A DNA stretch of 64,000 nucleotides from Deltaproteobacteria bacterium (lineage in GTDB: Bacteria > Desulfobacterota > DSM-4660 > Desulfatiglandales > Desulfatiglandaceae). The stretch is taken from NCBI GenBank assembly GCA_019309145.1, contig JAFDGR010000002.1, positions 8,674 to 72,673 on the forward strand. The letters run 5' to 3'. Numbering within the stretch: position 1 is the first letter of the stretch; each line of letters opens with the position of its first letter. The notes under the pieces are model-generated. The model saw nothing but the letters and a program-made list of their open reading frames with translations, was not told where the DNA came from and made no database searches. Made by a program: the position numbers and the translations under genes. This document shows positions 25,271 to 33,759 of the stretch, piece by piece.

Positions 25271-25655
25271 TTTATTTGATGGGTATTTGATATGAAGAAG
25301 GCCACTCCCCTTAAGGATATAAATAATGTCCACGATATCCATAGGTTGTGCTTGAAGTTTCTATTTGATGGGTATTTGATTCCTGCTAAGAAGGCTGAAG
25401 CCGCCCCGAAGGGCGGCCTCGTTACTCCTTCCACACATGGTAGATGAGCTTAAGGTAGTATCGGCTCAAAATGCAGAAAAGTCAAGATTTATTTTTGATT
25501 AAGGCTAAGGCCATGGTGGACCTGAGTGCCGGAGCGTGAAGGATGATTTATTTGATCGTTGTTTGATTGAAAGGTGTTCAATTTCTTCCAGAGAAGGTAT
25601 ATTCGCCGTCTTTTCAGGTGGTTATGAATTTAAGTTTATTTGACTGTTATTTGAT
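25271..25655. repeat. Field of five bipartite TTTATTTGAT-N3-TATTTGAT iteron-like motifs
   Basis: TATTTGATGGGTATTTGAT is perfect at 25273-25291 and 25362-25380. Degenerate copies lie at 25488-25500, 25547-25567 and 25635-25655. Spacings are about 89-90, 127, 58 and 88-89 bp. Confidence 0.7.
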
Positions 25656-25725
25656 GCGAACCAATGGAGAAGTCTGCTTTGGTATCAGTTCTGAACCCAA
25701 GTATTGTGTGCTCTAAGGGTGTCGA

Positions 25726-26034
25726 ATGAAAATCAAAACTATCAAACTTACCAACTACAAGGCCTTCTACGGCACTTATGAAATACCTGTAGGCGGCAAG
25801 AATCTGTTCATATACGGCGAGAACGGCAGCGGTAAAAGCTCGCTCTATTATGCCCTGAAGGACTTTTTCCAATCTTCCATGGAAAATATCGATCTCAAGG
25901 AAGTTGAGAATATCTTTATCAAGGATACCGTTAAAGGCAAGTGTTCTATCAAGATCACCTTCAATACCAAGATTCCAGGGACCCGTAAACAAACAAAAAC
26001 TTTTGAATGTACGGCTACATCAAATGGAAAATAG
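25726..26034 (+). pseudogene. N-terminal stub (102 aa) of an SMC/RecF/OLD-type AAA ATPase
   Basis: MKIKTIKLTNYKAFYGTYEIPVGGKNLFIYGENGSGKSSLYYALKDFF gives a Walker A only. There is no Walker B or signature region in any downstream frame. Confidence 0.55.
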
Positions 26035-26156
26035 GGGGACGTTGTTGACTAATTACACTTATTTCTTGTTGCGCACTATTGAAAAGCCTGGCTGGGGCTT
26101 CTTCCAGCATAGGTGCTCGGAAGACCTTAAAGCTTTAGACATGGCAGGGAGATCCC

Positions 26157-26471
26157 GTGACCTTTTACACTGAACCAACAGGGTATGAAAAGACGGCACT
26201 TTCAGATTTGCAGGGTGCCTGGGGAAATCTTCGTGAGGAAGTGGTTGAGGCCCAACCATTTCCGGAGCGGGAGAGGATTCTGTTTCACATAGATGAAGCG
26301 ATGAGCTGGGAAAGTGTGCGGAATTTGGAACAGATGCGAAACACATTGCTCCTGATTCAGAACATCGCTGCTCAATCTGAGGTCCCTGATGAAGTGTCAG
26401 AATGGATAACGATTATTAGAGAAAATCTGGATGAGGTTTTCATTGCCGTTGAAGAAGGGAAAGCGGTTTAG
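26157..26471 (+). CDS. Hypothetical acidic protein
   Basis: 104-aa ORF that ends 18 nt before the next gene. No family was recognised. Confidence 0.35.
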   Translation: MTFYTEPTGYEKTALSDLQGAWGNLREEVVEAQPFPERERILFHIDEAMSWESVRNLEQMRNTLLLIQNIAAQSEVPDEVSEWITIIRENLDEVFIAVEEGKAV

Positions 26472-26489
26472 AGGAGACAATAGAGAAAG

Positions 26490-27380
26490 ATGTATAAAGT
26501 AGTCCAAGACATTCTGGATGTTTTTGACCGGGATGATATAGAGGAATATCCCAGAGCTACAATAGATCAGGCACTGGAGCACGAGAAGGAACTGACTCCA
26601 CACCTGATAAAAATCCTGGAAAATGTGCTCAGAGATCCTGCGGCCATTCTTTCCCGTGAGAGATTTTTCGGCCATATTTTTGCTCTGAACCTCTTGGCTC
26701 ATTTTAGAAACCTGGAAGCGCACGAAACCGTTGTCAATCTGATGTCACTACCAGGAGATGTTGTCAGCGATTTGTTCGGAGATATGGTCACGGAGGATTT
26801 TCCACGGATTCTGTATCAGACATGTGGGGGTGAATATGAAAGAATAAAGGGGTTGATTTTAAACAAGGAGGCATATGAATATGTTCGTGGCTCGGCCATG
26901 AAGGCAATCGTCTTTGGAGTATTGCTGGGTGACCTTCCCCGTTCACGGGCACTGGATTTTTTTGGGGGATTGTTCACAGGAAATGAGGCAGAGAACTCAT
27001 CGTATTTTTGGGATGGTGCTGCATCCTGTGTCTGCGATCTTTATCCGGAAGAGCTACTGGATACAATAAAGGACGCTTACAACCGAGGGCTGATATGGCC
27101 TGGATACATTGGCATAGAGAGCTTTGACAGCGCCTTGTCTGAAAACAGAGATGATTTCCTTACCAAAAAGAGGAAGAGAATAGAAAGCTCAATAAGAGAA
27201 GATTTCCACAGCTATATGTCATGGTGGGCCTGCTTTGATAAGGACGTTTCGTCGTCTCTTGGAAAAGGGGTGGATAACAAGAATCACAGACCATCTTCCA
27301 AAGGCAGCAATAAAAAGAGGAAAAAGAAGACCAGAAAAAGGATAAGCAAGGCGAGCAGAAAGAAAAACAGGAGGCGTTAG
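26490..27380 (+). CDS. Hypothetical protein, DUF1186-like, with Lys/Arg-rich C-terminal tail
   Basis: 296 aa. The helical-repeat-like body (PHLIKILENVL..., FFGHIFALNLLAHF) is as I remember DUF1186. The tail is SSKGSNKKRKKKTRKRISKASRKKNRRR. Confidence 0.45.
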   Translation: MYKVVQDILDVFDRDDIEEYPRATIDQALEHEKELTPHLIKILENVLRDPAAILSRERFFGHIFALNLLAHFRNLEAHETVVNLMSLPGDVVSDLFGDMVTEDFPRILYQTCGGEYERIKGLILNKEAYEYVRGSAMKAIVFGVLLGDLPRSRALDFFGGLFTGNEAENSSYFWDGAASCVCDLYPEELLDTIKDAYNRGLIWPGYIGIESFDSALSENRDDFLTKKRKRIESSIREDFHSYMSWWACFDKDVSSSLGKGVDNKNHRPSSKGSNKKRKKKTRKRISKASRKKNRRR

Positions 27381-27766
27381 AGGTCTTGTAACGCTCAAGA
27401 ACATTGCAGGATGGATCATGCAACTTATACCGGAACAACTAGTAGAGGGCATAGGGGCCTTGATCCTTGTACGTGGAGATGGGGACAATCCTATGTCAGA
27501 AGTTCGTAGTGCAGGAGAGATAACAGGCGGGCCGCCACCTCTGAGAAAGCGTGATCGATCCCGTTTTCTTCAACGGCCCGATGAAGTGATTCAATCAATC
27601 CGTCATGAGCAACCGCATAATCGCACTTGACATCGGCTTGACAGGGAGAGGATGTAGTTTGATAAATAGGGGCAGTGTATCCGCTCAATGAATAGCGCAA
27701 TGCAGACAACGCAGGGTCGCGACCGGGAGGTCGCTCCTATAAAATTAATGCATGACCAGGAGAACT

Positions 27767-30250
27767 ATGGCTTCCCCAAACCATGAACTGGGACTCGCCA
27801 ACGACTTTGTTCAGTACACCGGGTGCAATATTTTTCTGACGGGGAAGGCGGGCACAGGCAAAACAACCTTTCTCCATAATCTGCATAAAAACACGGCAAA
27901 GAGGATGATTGTTACCGCGCCAACGGGCGTTGCGGCTATCAATGCCGGCGGGGTAACACTCCATTCTTTTTTTCAGTTGCCTTTTGGCCCATTTGTACCG
28001 GGTAGCGAAGCATACGAGCGGAATAAACAGCGCCGCTTCAGGTTCAGTAAGGAAAAAAAGCGGATTATACAAAGCCTTGATTTGCTGGTGATTGACGAAA
28101 TAAGCATGGTACGGGCAGATTTACTCGATGCGGTGGATGCTGTCCTGCGCGGCCATCGCCGGAACAATCAGCCCTTTGGCGGGGTGCAGTTGCTTCTGAT
28201 CGGCGATCTCTATCAGCTTTCTCCGGTGGCCAAACAAGATGAATGGCATCTTTTGGAGCAATATTATGAGTCGGTTTATTTCTTCAGCAGCAAAGCGCTG
28301 AATCTTACTGAACTGATTACCATTGAACTGACGCATATTTTTCGCCAGTCAGACGCCCGTTTTATCAAGCTCCTGAATCGGGTACGTGATAACCGGCTTG
28401 ATGAATCATCCATAGCTGATCTTAATCTCCGTTACATTCCGAATTTTACACCCGGTGAAGATCAGGGTTATATTACCCTGACCACCCACAACCGAAACGC
28501 CGAATCCATCAATCAGACCAGGCTTGACGGCTTGCCCAAAAAGGAACACCGTTTCAAGGCTGAAGTTTCCGGAGATTTTCCTGAACATAACTACCCGACC
28601 CTGGCCACTCTTCTGCTGAAAGAGGGAGCACAGGTTATGTTCGTGCGCAATGATCCCTCTGCTGAAAAACGCTACTACAATGGGAAGATTGGTAAAATAA
28701 CCAAAATTTCGAACAAAAGCATCAGGGTTATCTGTCCCGGTGACAAACAGGAAATCGTGGTTGAACCAATCATTTGGGAGAATATTAAATACACACTGAA
28801 CGAAGAAACAAAGGAAATTGAAGAGGAGATAATCGGTCAATTCAAGCAATACCCCCTGAAACTCGCATGGGCAATCACCATCCACAAAAGCCAGGGGCTG
28901 ACTTTTGAAAAGGCCATTATTGATGCCAAAGCAGCTTTTGCGCATGGTCAAATTTACGTGGCCTTAAGCCGTTGTAAAAGTTTAGAGGGCATGGTGCTGA
29001 GCGCTCCCCTCTCATCTAAGGGAATAGAAACGGACGAAGCTATAAGGGGCTTTGACGAAAACGCCCGCCAAAACCCGCCCACCGAAAGCCGGCTTCAGAA
29101 AGCCAAAATCAACTACCAGCAGCAGCTAGTGCTTGATTGTTTCGATTTTTCCTTATTGCGCAACCGGCTCAATTATCTTGCCCGGATTTTGCTGGGAAAC
29201 GCCGGAGTTGTGCAGGTTTCAGGCGTTGAAGATATCCGCCAACTGCAGAAAAAGGCTGCGGAAAGCATTTTTGTTGTCAGTGAAAATTTTAAGCGGCAAT
29301 TACGCACAATTTTTGCGAATGGCGGTTTGCCCGAGTCAGATGCAGTTATTTTGGAACGGATTGGCAAGGCGTCAGCGTGGTTTCAGGGAAAGTTCGCCGA
29401 AATTTTTGGGGAGTCAGTGCCTAGATTGCATGTAGAAACAGATAACACTGAACTCCGTAAGAAAATTGACAACGCGTTGAATAATCTCAAAAAGGAAATT
29501 GCCGTAAAGGTAGTCGGCGTGCAATCTTGTGAGAAAGGATTTACTCCGTCAAGATTCCTGCGTGCCGTTTCAGCCGCTGAGATCGACTTTACCCCTGAAA
29601 AAGAAAAAAAGCGCCGGCCCCCAGTCTACACCGAAGCGGACGTTGCCCATCCGGAGCTTTTCCAGACCCTGAAGGAGTGGCGTTCCCGCAAGGCCAGGGA
29701 GGAAGAGGTCGCCCATTTTCAAGTCTTACATCAACAAGTACTGCTCCAGATTGCGGTATGCCTGCCCGGCAGTACTGCTGATTTGATGAAGATAAAGGGG
29801 GTCGGCAAGAAAACCATTGAAAAATACGGTGAAGAATTGGTGAAACTGGTTTTGGCCTATCGCGAAAAACACGGGATAAAAAAGATCTTACCGCCGCAGC
29901 CTGAGAAATTTCCTAAAGAAAATACCCTGGAAAAATATGCTGCTCCAACTTACAATACAAAACAGATAAGTTTCGATATGTTCAATAACGGGTTGACGAT
30001 TGACCGGATTGCACAGGAAAGAGGACTGGTGCAATCGACCATTGAAACGCACCTGACTTTTTTCGTGGAAAAAGGTAAACTGGATATCAATAAATTGCTT
30101 TCACCTGAAAAACAAAAGGCCATTGAAAAGGAACTTGCTTCAGATCACCATAATTCCCTCAGCGAAGTAAAAAATGCCCTGGGAGATGACTATTCCTATG
30201 GAGAAATCAAAATGATGTTGGCCTATCAGAAACACCTGGCATCAGAATAA
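27767..30250 (+). CDS. Pif1/RecD-like SF1B helicase with C-terminal HRDC and HTH domains
   Basis: NIFLTGKAGTGKTT, VTAPTGVAAINAGGVTLHSFF, LLVIDEISMV, AITIHKSQGLTF. An HRDC-like IKGVGKKTIEKYGEEL and a terminal HTH LTIDRIAQERGLVQSTIETHL follow. ATG 27767 has an AGGAGA RBS, and an alternative ATG lies at 27752. Confidence 0.8.
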   Translation: MASPNHELGLANDFVQYTGCNIFLTGKAGTGKTTFLHNLHKNTAKRMIVTAPTGVAAINAGGVTLHSFFQLPFGPFVPGSEAYERNKQRRFRFSKEKKRIIQSLDLLVIDEISMVRADLLDAVDAVLRGHRRNNQPFGGVQLLLIGDLYQLSPVAKQDEWHLLEQYYESVYFFSSKALNLTELITIELTHIFRQSDARFIKLLNRVRDNRLDESSIADLNLRYIPNFTPGEDQGYITLTTHNRNAESINQTRLDGLPKKEHRFKAEVSGDFPEHNYPTLATLLLKEGAQVMFVRNDPSAEKRYYNGKIGKITKISNKSIRVICPGDKQEIVVEPIIWENIKYTLNEETKEIEEEIIGQFKQYPLKLAWAITIHKSQGLTFEKAIIDAKAAFAHGQIYVALSRCKSLEGMVLSAPLSSKGIETDEAIRGFDENARQNPPTESRLQKAKINYQQQLVLDCFDFSLLRNRLNYLARILLGNAGVVQVSGVEDIRQLQKKAAESIFVVSENFKRQLRTIFANGGLPESDAVILERIGKASAWFQGKFAEIFGESVPRLHVETDNTELRKKIDNALNNLKKEIAVKVVGVQSCEKGFTPSRFLRAVSAAEIDFTPEKEKKRRPPVYTEADVAHPELFQTLKEWRSRKAREEEVAHFQVLHQQVLLQIAVCLPGSTADLMKIKGVGKKTIEKYGEELVKLVLAYREKHGIKKILPPQPEKFPKENTLEKYAAPTYNTKQISFDMFNNGLTIDRIAQERGLVQSTIETHLTFFVEKGKLDINKLLSPEKQKAIEKELASDHHNSLSEVKNALGDDYSYGEIKMMLAYQKHLASE

Positions 30251-30280
30251 GAAGGGGAGGGGGGACGGAAGGAACAAAAT

Positions 30281-31915
30281 GTGGAAGACCGTAGCAAGAA
30301 AATAGAGCGGCTCAACCTTGTATTGCAGACCATGCGGGATGTGAGCGGTCTTATTATCAAGGAAAAGAACCGGGAGCAGTTGCTCAGTGGTATATGCCAT
30401 GCCCTTATTCAACATCGCGGCTATTACAACGCGTGGGCTGTTTTGTTCGATGAACAAGGCAATGCGGCCATGAGTGCGGAGGCCGGGATCGGCCCGAAGT
30501 TTTTGCAATTAAGGGACTTCATGCGTGGTGGACACCAGCCCCCATGTGTTGACCTGGCCTTGAAAAAAAAGGATATTGTGGAGACGGGTGATCCCGTATC
30601 CACCTGCACGGACTGCCCTCTTGCAGAGGACTACCATGGAAGGGGGGCCCTCACCGCTCCTTTTGTGCTCGATGGAAGCGTGTACGGTATATTGTCCCTT
30701 TCCATTCCACGCAAAGTGGCCCATGATCAGGATGAGCAGACCCTCCTGAGGGATCTTGCCGCGGATATCGCTTTTGGTTTGCATGCCCTTGAGCTTGAAG
30801 AAGCAAGGGAAGAGACCGCCAAGGCCCTGGCCGAGAGTGAGGAACGATTCCGCGATCTCCTGGAGAAATGCCCGATTGGTATTTTTATTATCCAGGATAA
30901 CCAGGTAGTGTATCAGAACCCCCAGCAGAAAGAGTTGCTGGGACCGCTTCCCCGCTCATTCGACCTGGGGACTTTTGAAGGTTTGCACCCCGAGGACGTG
31001 GAAAAGGTCAGGACAATGTGCAACAATGTTGCCAAGGGTAAGGCCAAGAGCCTTAGTGCAGATTTCAGGTTGTGCCCCGTGACCGAACCGGACTGTCATC
31101 TGGGGAGAAAATGGATCTATTGCTACGCCTCCCAGATACACTACCAGGGAAAAGACGCGACCCTCGTGAACATGATGGATATTACCCGGTCGAAGGAACT
31201 GGAGCACCTGGTCAGGATCCAGGATAAGATGACCTCCCTGGGGCGTGTGGCCGCGGGGATCGCCCACGAGATTCGAAATCCGCTTTCAGGCATCAATATC
31301 TATCTGAAGACCCTGGAGAGACTCCTGGAGCGGGGAATGGACCGGGAAAAGGCGGAAGATATCCTTAATCATATTCAATCCGCCTCCAATAAGATCGAAT
31401 CTGTTGTGAAGAGAGTCATTGACTTTTCCAGGCCGAGCCGTCCCAATTTTATTCTGGCAAACATAAACGGGCCCATTGAGGATGCCATTTCGCTTTCTGC
31501 GGTCACCTTGAGAAAGAGCCGGATCAGTCTTGAAAAAAAACTGCAAAAGGATATCCCTGAGTGTACGCTTGATAAGCATCTCATGGAGGAGGTGATCCTG
31601 AATCTGATTACCAATGCTGTTGAGGCCCTGAGAAAAACAGAGGGCGAACGAAACCTGGAAGTGAACTCTTTTGCTGAAGGCGAGTCAATATTTGTGCGGA
31701 TAGCTGATTCAGGACCGGGAATTCCACTTGATTTACGGGAGCAGGTTTTTGATCCTTTTTTCAGCACAAAAGATGGGGGCACGGGCATTGGCTTGAGCCT
31801 CAGCCACCGGATAGTGGTGGATCACGGGGGCTCCCTGAGTGTCTCCACCAGCAAATGGGGAGGCGCTGAATTCCTGATTGAGATACCCTGTCGAAAAGGG
31901 GGGCGGAAAAGGTGA
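30281..31915 (+). CDS. Cytoplasmic GAF-PAS sensor histidine kinase (NtrB-like)
   Basis: No TM segment. H-box is GRVAAGIAHEIRNPL. HATPase motifs are NLITNAVEA, DSGPGIP and GTGIGLSLS. GTG start. Confidence 0.85.
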   Translation: MEDRSKKIERLNLVLQTMRDVSGLIIKEKNREQLLSGICHALIQHRGYYNAWAVLFDEQGNAAMSAEAGIGPKFLQLRDFMRGGHQPPCVDLALKKKDIVETGDPVSTCTDCPLAEDYHGRGALTAPFVLDGSVYGILSLSIPRKVAHDQDEQTLLRDLAADIAFGLHALELEEAREETAKALAESEERFRDLLEKCPIGIFIIQDNQVVYQNPQQKELLGPLPRSFDLGTFEGLHPEDVEKVRTMCNNVAKGKAKSLSADFRLCPVTEPDCHLGRKWIYCYASQIHYQGKDATLVNMMDITRSKELEHLVRIQDKMTSLGRVAAGIAHEIRNPLSGINIYLKTLERLLERGMDREKAEDILNHIQSASNKIESVVKRVIDFSRPSRPNFILANINGPIEDAISLSAVTLRKSRISLEKKLQKDIPECTLDKHLMEEVILNLITNAVEALRKTEGERNLEVNSFAEGESIFVRIADSGPGIPLDLREQVFDPFFSTKDGGTGIGLSLSHRIVVDHGGSLSVSTSKWGGAEFLIEIPCRKGGRKR

Positions 31916-33303
31916 TGACTCTTTCTACCATCTTTGTCATTGACGACGAGGAAGTCATACGGGAGGGGATAGCGGTTGCCCTCGAAAGGGACTATTCCAT
32001 CAAACCGTTTGGCACGGCGGAATCCGCCCTCGAAAACATGGAACATGATTCGCCTGATCTGGTCCTGCTGGATATCGGCCTGCCCGGGATGGATGGCATA
32101 CAGGCCCTTCAGGAAATAAAGAAAAGGTGGAGCGATATACCGGTTATCATGATCACCGCGTATGAGGACGTGCAAACCGTCATATCAGCCATGAAGCTGG
32201 GTGCTCATGATTACGTGGTAAAGCCCATCCACATGGACGCCCTGGAAGTGAGTATCCGGAACGCCCTGGAGACGGTCAAGCTGAAAAAGGAGGTCCAGGC
32301 ACTCCAGGAGAAATACCTGAAGGAAAACCTCCCTTGTTTCATCGGGGAAAGCAACGCGATCCAGGACGTCATGGAATTTATCGATCAGGTGGCAAAGAGT
32401 CCTGACACGCCTATCCTCATTATCGGAGAGACTGGAACCGGGAAAGAACTCATCGCCAGCGCGATCCATTACAGGAGCCCGAATTTCAGCGGGCCACTGG
32501 TGACGGTCAATTGCGCCGCTATCCCGAAGGACCTCGTGGAGAGTGAACTTTTCGGGTACGAGAAAGGGGCCTTCAGCGGAGCCAGTCCTTCGGGGAAGAT
32601 CGGCCTGGTTGAAGAGGCGGCAGGAGGGACCCTGTTTCTTGACGAGGTTGGTGACCTGAGCCAGGAGGCCCAGGCGAAGCTGCTCCGGTTTCTGGAAGAC
32701 GGGCAATTTTACCGGGTGGGCGGAACCAGGCAGCGCAAGGTGCAAACAAGGGTCGTTTCCGCCACCAATAAAGACCTGGAAGACATGGTAAAGGAAGGTC
32801 ATTTCAGGAAGGATCTCTATTTCCGGCTGGGGGTTATCAGGGTAGAGGTCCCGTCATTAAACGAACGCAAGGATGACATCATGCCACTTGCGCAGGCATT
32901 CCTCCTGGAATTCAACAAGAAATTCGGGAAAAAAATAACCGGCCTGTCAAGAGATGCCGAAAATGGGCTGCTCGGCCACACGTGGACGGGCCACGTACGG
33001 GAATTGAGGAATTTGATTGAACGGGGTGTTCTTATCGGCAGCGGTCCTGTCCTCACCGTGGACGACCTTGGTATTGCAAAAAAAAAGGGCACGAAACCAG
33101 GGCAACCAAAAGAGGAGGGAATGCCATTCCCACCCTTTCCCAGGGAAGGAATGGATTTGGATAAGGCCAAAGAAGCCCTTGAAAGGTATTATATTGAGCA
33201 GGCCTTCAAACTGGCCGGGGGAAACGAGAGCAAGGCCGCGCGGCTCTTAAACATGAATCACCACACCTACCGCTACCGGAGAAGAAAACTCCTCGGATCG
33301 TAA
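31915..33303 (+). CDS. NtrC-family response regulator (REC-AAA+ sigma-54 activator-Fis HTH)
   Basis: DLVLLDIGLPGMDG, GETGTGKE, ESELFGYEKGAFSGA, RKDLYFRL. The start overlaps the kinase stop (GTGATG). Confidence 0.9.
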   Translation: MTLSTIFVIDDEEVIREGIAVALERDYSIKPFGTAESALENMEHDSPDLVLLDIGLPGMDGIQALQEIKKRWSDIPVIMITAYEDVQTVISAMKLGAHDYVVKPIHMDALEVSIRNALETVKLKKEVQALQEKYLKENLPCFIGESNAIQDVMEFIDQVAKSPDTPILIIGETGTGKELIASAIHYRSPNFSGPLVTVNCAAIPKDLVESELFGYEKGAFSGASPSGKIGLVEEAAGGTLFLDEVGDLSQEAQAKLLRFLEDGQFYRVGGTRQRKVQTRVVSATNKDLEDMVKEGHFRKDLYFRLGVIRVEVPSLNERKDDIMPLAQAFLLEFNKKFGKKITGLSRDAENGLLGHTWTGHVRELRNLIERGVLIGSGPVLTVDDLGIAKKKGTKPGQPKEEGMPFPPFPREGMDLDKAKEALERYYIEQAFKLAGGNESKAARLLNMNHHTYRYRRRKLLGS

Positions 33304-33495
33304 GATCCACGGTTCACGGTAAATCTCTTCCGGATTTAATCATGTCGGCTCTTCACCAGGCAAGCAAAGCCATTTTGAAAATCTTCTAAAAACCATTTCG
33401 AAGTTTTCCTATATTCTTCCCTTAAAATCTGAATCCTGCGCTCATATTTTTGATAACTAATTGAAATGACGTATGGTTATGCTCTTCCAGGTGAT

Positions 33496-33511
33496 TGGCA
33501 CATATTGTGCT
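33496..33511 (+). promoter_or_regulatory. Sigma-54 (-24/-12) promoter
   Basis: TGGCAC-atatt-GTGCT, with GG and GC at the canonical 10-nt offset. It is oriented toward the flavoenzyme gene at 33760. Confidence 0.65.
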
Positions 33512-33605
33512 CTCAAATAACGTTGATGACCTCGTGCTGGGTTTTTGGAGTGCGGAAGGACTTTGTATGAAGAGCAGGTGAACGGGATGTTTCTGAAGCG
33601 GCGTC

Positions 33606-33635
33606 ATCAGGCACTCAATATGTTGAGTGCCTGAT
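33606..33635 (+). promoter_or_regulatory. Perfect 13-bp-arm palindrome in the ~240-nt leader
   Basis: ATCAGGCACTCAA-tatg-TTGAGTGCCTGAT. There is no downstream U-tract. Confidence 0.5.
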
Positions 33636-33759
33636 CCGCAGCGACCGGAGTCATGGACGACGGAGGGAGCGTAGCTTCAGGAATAGGCCGTTTGCCTGCT
33701 CAATTGGATGATGGGCAACATATTTCAATAGACTGGCCAATGCCAAGAGGAGGACCCTT

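Noticed and set aside
25257-25725. A possible degenerate CRISPR array, because of repeated 19-bp units.
   Set aside because: The repeats are short, AT-rich and internally bipartite. The spacing is irregular (58-128 bp), only two copies are identical, and no cas genes or leader are present. An iteron or binding-site array fits better.
27491-27709. A 72-aa minus-strand ORF in the gap before the Pif1-like gene (…CDYAVAHDGLIESLHRAVEENGIDHAFSEV…).
   Set aside because: No RBS and no family that I can name. It may be a remnant of a lost gene, but the evidence is too thin to annotate.
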